This document shows positions 13,142-28,834 of a stretch of 64,000 nucleotides of DNA, piece after piece. The stretch comes from the human T2T-CHM13v2.0 reference genome, Homo sapiens. A program made the position numbers and the translations under genes. The DNA lies in the NCBI RefSeq assembly GCF_009914755.1, contig NC_060930.1; one strand, written 5' to 3'. The notes beneath the pieces were generated by a model that saw only the letters and a program-made list of their open reading frames with translations, ran no database searches and was not told the origin of the DNA. Within the stretch, counting starts at the first letter, position 1. Each line of letters starts with the position of its first letter.

Positions 13142-14824
13142 AGATTGATTTAAAGCTATCCAAAGGATCTATGTAGATTTAATACTAAGAAAACTCATAT
13201 ATCTATGCTTCCCTACCAGAATCAGAGGGCATTCTATGCACATAGAAATAGCATATTCATATTATTAGTGGAGAGATTCTACATTTATTATTTAAACAGT
13301 AATTTTCTTTGCAAATGATGGAGATATTTGGCAGATAGTCCATGTATTTGTATAGCGAAGCTATGGCTTTATTTTTCAAGAGCACCTTCTAAAAGGTGAG
13401 CTCTTCAGAGGAATTTGCTGGGTTACAGACATGTATCAAGCCGGGACTGTATTAATGACTGTGCTGGGCTCAGAGTAGTCACTCAGAAAAAAAAAAAAAT
13501 AATTCCATTCATCTCTTACTTTTAAAATCTAATGTTGCTCAAGATGAGTGGGAATTTAAAAGAAAGAGAATATGCTCCACACACTAAAACAATTACCAAA
13601 GCACAAGTATATTCTTAGCCTTGGAGATTGTAAATAGAGATTGCAGCAGCTATTTTTCTGTATGTGTCTCTTTTGTCATTTGTTCTGTAATTCAAACAAG
13701 TTTTTAAAAGATGCCATTGTCTGTGTTAGGTCAGCAGTATAATCCTGGAGAAACTTATATTTGGTTGTTGTTGTTGTTTTTTTTTTTAACCATGAGGTTG
13801 ATTGGTGTTTTCCTTAAAGCACTTCCAATTCAGGCCGTGGCGTCAGCCCTGAGCCTCCCTGCACTGCATCCAGAAGCAGCATTCTTTAGGTTATTATGAA
13901 GAGAGAGGAGGACAGAGGAAGGCACATTAGTAAAATCTCAGTTTGCATGTGATACATGAAAGATTTCTTCTGAAGGCAGATATAAAACACCACCAAAGAT
14001 TAAAACATCATGACACACCAAAATCACATACTGAAAGTCCAGTGATCCATCAAACACACTCAGGACAAGACTTTTTATTGTATGTGACATAGACATTTGT
14101 CTCCTATTTCAGGAAAAACAGAAATGTTCTCTTACCACAGAGGCACAACAATAAACCACCTTAACTGAGAAATTCAAAGGAGAGCTGGATCTCCATTATA
14201 CAAATGGAACCGCCATAGGGTTCTAACTCCTTTGTAATGAACTAAACTTAATAATTGGATTTCCTCATTTTCACAACTTCCCTATTTTTTCCAGTTCAGG
14301 ATTTTAGTTTTGGAAGCTCCCTGTGCTCCCTGACAGAGGCTGTGTGCCTCAGGCTCCCCACCTTCTGCTATTAAAGTGGAGACTAGCAGATACTGAAGAC
14401 ATGTTAGTATTTAGATGAAGGCCTCACCCAGATGTTAACAGGAGGCATTAAAGAATATTTTTGGACAGAAATTGTGCATCTCTGGAATAGATTTTGTGAC
14501 AGGAACAAACATTTCAAGCATTGGCCTTTTGTGGGATCACTAGAACCTGCCCGCTCACATTCTAAATGAGGAGAGTATCCACTATGGGACGTCTAAATAG
14601 AGACCCAAGATTATGGTGCTTACTAGGGCAAAGCAGCAAGGAAAAACATCCAAACTAAAAAGGCAGTTTACTCTGTAAACAGTAATTTTAAATTGACATT
14701 TGATTTCAGATAAGTTGAAACATCTGAGCCCGAATCCCATGCCAAATTAAAACATACATAAAAACCATCCTTTGGGGTTGTGAAGCTTTTAAAGATGGAG
14801 CAGTAATGTAAGTATACTCTTTAC

Positions 14825-15358
14825 ACAGAGCTATTCCTAATTGTGTCTCTTCTGTGTTCAAAACACTTCAGTTGTTCCCTGTTACATTGTAGGATGAAGT
14901 CCAATGCCTCAGTATGGCGTGCAAAGTCCTTAATGATCCCACGTCTCCTGCCTCATAGTTCACTCCTAGTCCCCTCCCTGGATGTTCTCTACACCACTAA
15001 TACTGTATTTCCTTCAATTTTCTTGTTTCTAGTCCTTTTCATGAGCTGTTCTGTACCTGAAGCACTGGCTAATTCCTATATATCTTTGGTGTCTCAGCTT
15101 GGACCTTTCTCCTTTCCTTTGCTGACTCCTGAAGGTATGGTTAGATTCCCCTCAAATTTTCTCCATACCACAAGGTACTTCACTCATATGACACTTAAAA
15201 CACTGTATTTTAAGAGCTTATGTCCTTGTCTACATCCACTAATAGATATTCAACTTCATAAAGGCAGAGGTTCTGATATTTTGTTGGTGCTGAATCCTCA
15301 GCATACCCTCTACATAGTAAGTTGTCAATAATCATTTGCCTACTAAGTGAATAAATTA
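14825..15358 (+). mobile_element. L2 3' region
   Basis: TTCAAAACACTTCAGTTGTTCCC...AAGTCCAATGCCTCAGTATGGC and the terminal AAGGCAGAGG...ACATAGTAAGTTGTCAATAA. Confidence 0.7.
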
Positions 15359-15389
15359 AACTCCTGTAACTCTATTAAGATGAATGACC

Positions 15390-15801
15390 AGCCAGGTGTG
15401 ATGGCTCATGCCTGTAATCCCAGCACTTTGGGAGGCCAAGGAGAGTGGATCGCCTAAGGTCAGGAGTTTGAGACCACCCTGGGCAACATGGTAAAACCCT
15501 GTGTTTACTAAAAATACAAAAAATTAGCAGGGCGTGATGGCAGGCACCTGTAATCCCAGCTACTCAGGAGGCTGAGGCAGGAGAATCGCTTGAATCCAGG
15601 AGGCAGAGATTGCAGTGAGCCAAGGTCACTCCATTGCACTCCAGCCTAAGCAACAAGAGCGAAACTCTGTCTCAAAAGGGAAAGGAAAGGAAAGGAAAAA
15701 GGAAAGGAAAAAAGAAACGAAAAAGGAAAGGAAAGGAAAGGAAAGGAAAGGAAAGGAAAGGAAAGGAAAGGAAAGGAAAGGAAAGGAAAGGAAAGGAAAG
15801 G
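15390..15801 (+). mobile_element. AluSq-like with its tail converted to (AAAGG)n
   Basis: Alu body 15390-15673 (CAACAAGAGCGAAACTC); degenerate TSD ending AATGACCA on both sides. Confidence 0.93.
15679..15801. repeat. (AAAGG)n pentanucleotide, 16 pure units at 15722-15801
   Basis: Direct reading. Confidence 0.97.
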
Positions 15802-15839
15802 AATCAATGACCACAAGTACCTAAGTGGTTAGTGTCATT

Positions 15840-15952
15840 GCAGGGAAATTCATGAGAGCAGAGAACTTGTCCTGTCTACCCTTGTATCCCCAGCATTACC
15901 ATTGTATCTGACACACAGTAAGTAAATGCTCAACAAACATTCATTGAATAAA
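15840..15952 (+). mobile_element. L2 3' terminus
   Basis: CATGAGAGCAGAGAACTTGTC...TGTATCCCCAGCA...ACACAGTAAG...GCTCAACAAACATTCATTGAAT. Confidence 0.7.
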
Positions 15953-17342
15953 AAAATTGAAATACTGAGTAGCATTTAAATTACAATATATTGTCTTTGA
16001 CATAGTGGTTAACACAATATTCCTATTAATAACTCTAATAAGAATATTAAGCATTTTCAGGTTTTTTTAAGTCATAATAGCTCAGGGGGGCAATTATTAT
16101 TCTTATTATACCAACAATTACTACTGTCAACCTTAGTAACTTTGCCTATTACAGATCAATAATTTTTTTCTTCTCAAGGATTATCCTGAATAAATTCTAT
16201 TGAGTAGTGTTTTCAGATTTGCATCTTTGAGTTTCAGTAATACCTAGTCTTCTTGAAATATGTTATTTTCCAACTACACAAATGTCCTCCCTGACTCCCT
16301 CAATAGAAACACAGTTGGATTTCTATATTTCTCAAAGAGAAAGACAAAAGAAACCAATAAATTCTTTGGAGCCACACATCCTCACCTAGGAAAAAATCAA
16401 AACAGCTAACTAGAAGGGTATTTGAGAAATGATCTGGCTCAGCAGCATGCTCAGGACTGAATGATTTATTCTTCCTTTAAAAGGAAGAGGATGGCTACAA
16501 TCACAGTATTCAATTAGCCTGCTCCAAATACTTAAATATTTTTTCTTTAAAAATAGCACTAGTCTACACACATACATCACTCACAGAGTCATTACCTCTA
16601 TACATTATGTAAACAATTTGCATAACTAATATAAATGATAAAACACTGTTACCTACAAATATAATCAAGGAGAACCAAGTTGAGCATTCATAGATTCATG
16701 ATAATCACATTACATAAATACAAATAGTACTCCCACCACTGCCCACCCCTATATTCCTACCATTTCAGTGAAAATCTCCTTTTTGCAGTTCTAGGTGAAG
16801 AAAATATTGTATCAGACTGAATACTGTGCTATAAGTTTTGTTACTATGAAAATAAACCCCTATTTTAATAAAGAAAAAGAACAACAATAAAACTATATGG
16901 AGTCCAGTTCTGCTCTGGAGAAGAGCTTCAAAGTGATTCAAGGTTCAGTTTCCTATGTTAAGAAAAATGAGCAAATTATAAAGTTGGCAGCTTTTGTTTT
17001 TACATTTCCCATCTATCTTGCATAAGATTGTCCCAAACCCCTATAGCTCCTCACTTGGGCCTGACTTTTGAAACTTTATTTTTTCTGTTTGAATTCAGTA
17101 ATCAGCAGACAAAGCCAGGAACATCAGAAGTGTCGAGTGGCTCAGATTTGAAAGAAACAATCCTTTTGTAGACAGAGTGATAGAGGAGCTGTATCTGGAG
17201 GCTCTCACGTGGCAGGACTTGAAGAATATGGCCTTCCATTCACAATCCAGCAGCAAGGAGAAGCAAGGTAAGAGAATGACAGCTGGACATCTTAAACAGG
17301 TGGTTAAAAAAAAAAAGCTTTAAGAAAAGAAGGGTGGGTGAT

Positions 17343-17786
17343 TGTCTCAGTCCACCTGGGCTGCTGTAACAAAATACCATGAACTGGATAGCTTTTAAGC
17401 AACAGAAATTTACTTCTCACAGTCCTAGAGGTTGGAAAGTCCAAGATCAAGGCACTGGCAGATTCAATGTCTGGTGAGGACCCACTGTCTGGTTCATATA
17501 TGGCACCTTCTAGCTGCATCCTCACATATTAGAAGAAACCAATAAACTCTTTGGAGCCTCTTTTATAAAAGAACTAATTCCATTCATAAAGTCAGAGCCC
17601 TTATGATCTAATCACCTTAGAAAGAGCCCTTCCTTCTACACTTGATTTTAGCCAAAAGGCTGAGAAGCAATGAGCCCTTCCTTCTAATACCATCAACCTA
17701 GCTACCAAGATGTTACAAACCTAACACTTCACGGGTAGGTTTCAACATGTGAATTTGGGGGAAACACAAGCATTCAGACAATAGCA
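17343..17786 (-). mobile_element. MLT1A0-like MaLR solo LTR
   Basis: TGTCTCAGTCCACCTGGGCTGCTGTAACAAAATACC...AAGTCCAAGATCAAGGCACTGGCAGATTC...CATTCAGACAATAGCA; 5-bp TSD GTGAT at 17338-17342 and 17787-17791. Confidence 0.88.
17636..17671 (-). pseudogene. 3'-truncated, tailless U2 snRNA retropseudogene (U2 nt 1-36)
   Basis: Reverse complement ATTGCTTCTCAGCCTTTTGGCTAAAATCAAGTGTAG vs U2 ATCGCTTCTCGGCCTTTTGGCTAAGATCAAGTGTAG (33/36); 15-bp TSD GAGCCCTTCCTTCTA at 17624-17638 and 17672-17686. Confidence 0.92.
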
Positions 17787-19188
17787 GTGATACTGGCTAT
17801 GCAAGTAAGTTACTTATCAGGTGATATGTCAGGAACCTGGACATACATTCAGACTCATGGATCCAGGAGAACAGTAAGAATGAGGCATAGTACCAGAAAG
17901 ATTTACTAGAGTAGAACTTTGAAAACAACCATCAAAGTAGAAGTAGGTTATTAACCCATGCCTGGTACAATATTGCATGGCTGTTGACTCAATACCAAGA
18001 CATCAAGTGCTGGTCTACGGGGCTCATGAAGATCCTGGAAAAGTGTGTGCTGGACCATTAGGTAGGTTAAAAGACACCAGATTTGCAGAGAAGGGAGGAT
18101 ATATGCTGGATATTGACTTCTAGACCTTCCTCTAAGCTCTTGATATTCATCAGAATTTCCTACCCTGGCCTCAGGGCTTTCCTTCTACACAAATTAACCC
18201 TTGTGGTTTATATGATCTTAACTAAAGGATGCCCCTTAACAGGTTAAGGCTGTCCTTTTCCTTAGCTTCAGAATGCCCTCACCAGTCAAGGAGGAAGGAA
18301 ATGCTCACCAAAATTAGCCCAGTGAACAGACGAAAATGTGAAAGCTGCTTGGCCTCTGCTTCTCACACTTTTGATCTCATACAGGATGTCAGCCAGATTA
18401 GAAAACTACACTCATGGGGAAAACATACTGCATTGATAAAAGGTAAAGAAAGGCTGACTAAATGTACTTAAGGCAGAAATAACCATAGCTGACCATGAGT
18501 CAGCTATGCATCACATCACTAAAAATAATCTATCCCACCAATTCCTTCTTTCTGTCATTTGCCATTATCCTTGATCAGATCATTAAAACCAAGCTGGTTT
18601 TTTAGAGCTCTTCCTTAGTCCATCCCACAGCAAGTGATATTCTCTGCTCCAATCTCATCTATATTCCAAGGTCACTGTGATTTTTCTCAGTCTTCTATCT
18701 TAGATATATTTCAATTTCATACATATTTAAACATCACCTGCCTGCCAAATTAAGTTCACATTTTTTATTCTGACCTAAACATTTTTCCAGCATTACCTTC
18801 TACTACCCAACCTGTATCAAAGGAAACTGTAAATTTTGATTGTTCCTGGTTTTCTGAATACATTTATCATTTTCTCACTTCTGGATATTTATCCTCACTG
18901 TTCCTTTATGGGCATGTCCTACCTTCACCTCTACCTGACAAAATTCTATCTATTCTTCTAAAATCTAGATGCTGCTTAAATGCCTAATATTCCCTAGTCC
19001 TTTCAACCACAGGGATTTCTCACCTCACTGATTTTCTGTAACTATCTCTCATGCTAACTGTACTCATTACGTTCGATGCTGGAGTAAGAATTTTCTGGGT
19101 CCACTGTCATAATATCTGCTGCTAGTGAACTTTTAATAAGTGTTTGTGGAATTTAAAAGAAGCAAGCATGATTCTTGTGGATGGATGC

Positions 19189-19190
<2 letters not shown>

Positions 19191-19247
<57 letters not shown>

Positions 19248-19290
19248 CATACATACATACATACATACATACATAGATAGATAGATAGAT
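19191..19290. repeat. Compound tetranucleotide STR (AGAT)14(ACAT)7(AGAT)4
   Basis: Direct reading. Confidence 0.97.
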
Positions 19291-19535
19291 AGACACACAT
19301 GAGCTACACACAACTGTTTTAAAATAGAATATGGTATCTAATTAAGAAAATCAGAAACCAACAAAATTATAATGCCCACGAAGTACAGTCATGATGTAAA
19401 GTATGTTTCAGCTCTCTAAAGTTTGCTGTTAAATACCACCTTCCTAAAACCTCAGAATCTTTATGAAAACCATCATGTAGACAAAATGACCTAAAGAAAA
19501 TTGAGATAATCATTGTCATATAAAATTCACATTTT

Positions 19536-19848
<313 letters not shown>

Positions 19849-20029
19849 AAAAATCACATTTTGGCTATTCAGTCATTCTATTGAAGTTGAAGATAGCAGC
19901 TAGGGGCTTCTAGCTCTTTCAAATCATGCAGTTAATTCAGAGGGAAATCTTTAAGGCAAGATTTGCTTTCCTGATAGTGGTTTCAAAAATATTAATAACT
20001 TAGAATAAGTTGTTTATGAAAAAGATAAA

Positions 20030-20250
20030 TTCAGAGAATGAGATTTGGATTCCAGTTCTAATACAAACCCTGGACATATACGCTTGAGTGAAACACCTTA
20101 CGATTGCAATAACCCAACTCCAGATTATAAAATAAGGAAATATCCTGGTGCCTTACCTATTTCATTGTAAGGACTGAAACAAGTAAATCAAGGGAAAGCA
20201 CCTTGTGAACTGTAGGAAAAGCACCAAAAGCTCTGCCGATAGTAATGTCA
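20030..20250 (+). mobile_element. MIR/MIR3 relic
   Basis: GATTTGGATTCCAGTTCT...TATAAAATAAGGA...TTGTAAGGACTGAA...GAAAGCACCTTGTGAACTGT. Confidence 0.5.
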
Positions 20251-20636
20251 GTTCCTATTAGCTCTCCACTAACCTAGATCAAGCAGCTCTGTAGTTGAAC
20301 CAGCTACCTTCCCACCCACCTCACATGCAGCGCTCCAGATAGATTCTGTGATTTTCTAGTTGACTATACTTGTAAGAACCTCAGATTCCTCCTGTCCACC
20401 AGTATGAGTCTTGTAATTTTTTCATTTTTTTAATTATACTTTAAGTTCTAGGGTACATGTGCACAACGTGCAGGTTTGTTACATATGTATACCTGTGCCA
20501 TGTTGGTGTGCTGCACCCATTAACTCATCATTTACATTAGGTATATCTCCTAATGCTATCCCTTCCCCCTCCCCCCACTCCACCACGGGCCCCAGTGTGT
20601 GATGTTCCCCTTCCTGTGTCCAGGTATTCTCATCGT

Positions 20637-24457
<3,821 letters not shown>

Positions 24458-24520
24458 TATGATGTTAGCTGGTTATTTTGCTCATTAGTTAATATAGTTT
24501 CTTCCTTGCACTGATGGTCT

Positions 24521-25533
24521 TTACAATTTGGCATGATTTTGCAGTGGCTGGTACCGGTTTTTCCTTCCATGTTTAGTGCTTCCTTCAGTAGCTCTTGTAG
24601 GGTGGCCAGGTGGTGACAAAATCTCTCAGCATTTGCTTGTCTGTAAAGGATTTTATTTCTCCTTCACTTACGAAGCTTAGTTTGGCTGGATATGAAATTC
24701 TGGGTTGAAAATTCTTTTCTTTAAGAATGTTGAATATTGGCCCCCAGTGTCTTCTGGCTTGTAGAGTTTCTGCTGAGAGATCCTCTGTTAGTCTGATGGG
24801 CTTCCCTTTGTAGTTAACCCAACCTTTCTCTCTGTCTGCCCTTAACATTTTTTCCTTCATTTCAACTTTGGTGAATCTGACAATTATGTGGCTTGGAGTT
24901 GCTCTTCTCGAGGAGTATCTTTGTGGTGTTCTCTGTATTTCCTGAATTTGAATGTTGGCCTGCCTTGCTAGGTTGGGAAAGTTCTCCTGCATAATATCCT
25001 GCAGTGTTTTCCAACTTTGTTCGATTCTCCCTGTCACTTTCAGGTACACCAATCAGATGTAGATTTGGTCTTTTCACACAGTCCCATATTTCTTGGAGGC
25101 TTTGTTCATTTCTTTTTACTCTTTTTTCTCTAAACTTCTCTTCTCGCTTCATTTCATTCATTTGATCTTCAATCACTGATACCCTTTCTTCCAGTTGATC
25201 GAATCGGCTAATGAAGCTTGTGCACTTGTCAGGTAGTTCTCGTGCCATGGTTTTCAGCTTCATCAGGTCATTTAAGTACTTATCTACAGTGTTTATTCTA
25301 GTTAGCCATTAGTCTAATCTTTTTTCAAGGTTTTTAGCTTCTTTGCGATGGGCTCGAACTTCCTCCTTTAGTTCGGAGAAGTTTGATCGTCTAAAGCCTT
25401 CTTCTCTCAACTCATCAAAGTCATTCTCCATCCAGCTTTGTCCTGTTGCTGGTGAGGAGCTACATTCCTTTGGAGGAGGAGAGGCGCTCTGATTTTTAGA
25501 ATTTTCAGCTTTTCTGCTCTGTTTTTTCCCCAT
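24521..25533 (-). pseudogene. L1 ORF1, disrupted
   Basis: MGKKQSRKAENSKNQSASPPPKE... with an in-frame stop near 25309 and a frameshift near 25010. Confidence 0.92.
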
Positions 25534-26107
25534 CTTTGCAGTTTTATCTACCTTTGGTCTTTGATGATGGTGACATACAGATGGGGTTTTGGTGTGGATG
25601 TCCTTTCTGTTTGTTAGTTTTCCTTCTAACAGTCAGGACCCTCAGCTGCAGGTCTGTTGGAGTTTGCTGGAGGTCCACTCCAGACTTGTTTGCCTCGATA
25701 TCAGCAGCATAGGCTGCAGTACAGCGAATATTGCTGAAAAGCAAATGTTGCTGCCTGATCGTTCCTCTGGAATCTTCATCTCAGAGGGGTACCCAGCTGT
25801 GTGAGGTGTCAGTCTGCCCCTACTAGGGGGTGCCTCCCAGTTAGGCTACTCGGGGGTCAGGGACCCACTTGAGGAGGCAGTCTGTCCATTCTCAGATCTC
25901 AAACTCCATGCTGGGAGAACTACTACTCTCTTCAAAGCTGTCAGACAGGGACATTTAAGTCTGCAGAGGTTTCTGCTGCCTTTTGTTCTGCTATGCCCTG
26001 CCCCCAGAGGTGGAGTCTACAGAGGCAGGCAGGCCTTCTTGAGCTGAGGTGGGCTCCACCCAGCATGAGCTTCCCAGCTGCTTTGTTTACCTACTCAAGC
26101 CTCAGCA

Positions 26108-26371
26108 ATGGTGGGTGCCCCTCCCCCAGCCTTGCTGCCACCTTGCAGTTTGATCTCAGACTGCTGTGCTAGCAAAGAGCGAGGCTCTGTGGGCGTGGGA
26201 CCCTCCGAGCCAGGCACGGGATATAATCTCCTGGTGTGCCATTTGCTAAGACGGTTGGAAAAGCACAGTATTAGGGTGGGAGTGACCCGATTTTCCAGGT
26301 GCTGTCGATCACCGCTTCCCTTGGCTAGGAAAGGGAATTCCCTGGCCCCTTGCACTTCCTGGGTGAGGTAA
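26108..26371 (+). CDS. L1 antisense ORF0 homolog, open (87 aa); expression unknown
   Basis: MVGAPPPALLPPCSLISDCCASKERGSVGVGPSEPG...IRVGVTRFSRC matches L1 ORF0; Kozak context GCAATGG. Confidence 0.6.
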   Translation: MVGAPPPALLPPCSLISDCCASKERGSVGVGPSEPGTGYNLLVCHLLRRLEKHSIRVGVTRFSRCCRSPLPLARKGNSLAPCTSWVR

Positions 26372-27079
26372 TGCCTTGCCCTGCTTCGGCTCACGTTCGG
26401 TGGGCTGCACTGTCCTGCCCCCACTGTCCGACAAGCCCCAGTAAGATGAACCTGGTACCTCAGTTGGAAATGCAGAAATCACCCGTCTTTTGCGTCGCTC
26501 AAGCTGGGAGCTGGAGACTGGAGTTGTTCCTATTCGGCCATCTTGGAACCACTGCCCCAAGTCTTGTAATTTCTTCAGACACTTTAACCCCAATGAAACT
26601 TTCATTCCTAATCAACCCACTAGGATTTTTGCTGTCAGAATTCTTTTCACACTAATATTCTCGACCTCAAATACAGCAGTAGTTTACACCTTTATATACA
26701 CCGATTTATTATAGTTTGCAGATTTGGGTAAAACTATATAGAAAATTTATTTTAAAAGGTTCACTAGGAGCAAGGTTTATACTTTCTGTGTATGAATAAT
26801 ACATTATCTACCTCTTTTATATCACTCAAAGTCCCTAGCTCAGGGCTAGCTGGCACACAGCTTCTTAAAAAGAATGAACTATGTTTTGTCTAACTTTCTT
26901 TCCCCAAGTTCTTGACTGAAGGACACCTTGACTGCCTCACCCTTGACATGTTATCTGTCATCAAGTCTCTACTTTCCCTTCAAAATAAAGTCTCAAATCT
27001 GCCCACTTCTTTCTATGTCATCTGCAGCACTTCAAAAGCTTCTTTACTGCAATTCCACTTCATCAATGGCTTTCAAAAA

Positions 27080-28000
<921 letters not shown>

Positions 28001-28084
28001 TCTATGAAGTGAGACTTGAGTATTTAGTATATGCCAGGTGCAAGAAAGACAAAGTAAAATAATTCCAGGCCTCTACCCCTTAAC

Positions 28085-28222
28085 TAATATTTCTTTCTAA
28101 CTCCCTGTTCAGTGATATCATCTTAGCTTAAATTTGGCCATGGTAGACTATTCATACGAGGGAAATTACCAATTCTGCAAATCAGTGTTTCCCTCCCTGC
28201 ATGACAGCCAGTTTACAAACAG
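28085..28222 (+). mobile_element. MER63 fragment
   Basis: CTCCCTGTTCAGTGATATCA...TAGCTTAAATTTGGCCATGGT...TGCAAATCAG. Confidence 0.55.
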
Positions 28223-28276
28223 ATCATTTTAAATAGGAAAACTTATACATATATGTGCAAAATATTAAGGGAGCTT

Positions 28277-28783
28277 TCAATATACAGTGCTAGGAAAACT
28301 GGACATCCACAAGCCAAAGAATGAAGTTGGACCTCTAACTTACACCATATATAAAAATTAATTCAAAATGAATTAAAGACCTAAACGTAAAAGCTAAAAC
28401 TATAAAACTTCTATAAGAAAACATGGGAACATCTTCATAATATGAGATCTATTAAAGATTTCTTATATATGACACCAAAAGCACAGTCAACAAAAGATAA
28501 ATAGGCCAGTGCAGTGGCTCATGCCTGTAATTCCAGCACTTTGGGAGGCCGAGGCAGACAGATCATGAGGTCAGGAGTTTGAGACCAGCCTGACCAACAT
28601 GGCAAAACCCCGTCTATACTAAAAATACAAAAACTAGCTGGGTGTGGTGGTGCAGGCCTGTAAGCCCAGCTACTTGGGAGGCTGAGGCAAGAGAATTGCT
28701 TGAACCTGGAGGCGGAGGTTGCAGTGAGCCGAGACTGTACCACTGCACTCCAGCCTGGGCGACAGAGCAGGACTCTGTCTAAA

Positions 28784-28834
<51 letters not shown>

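Noticed and set aside
14843-15331. 162-aa ORF
   Set aside because: Starts at GTG, lies in a degenerate pyrimidine-rich L2 3' region and shows no recognisable domain.
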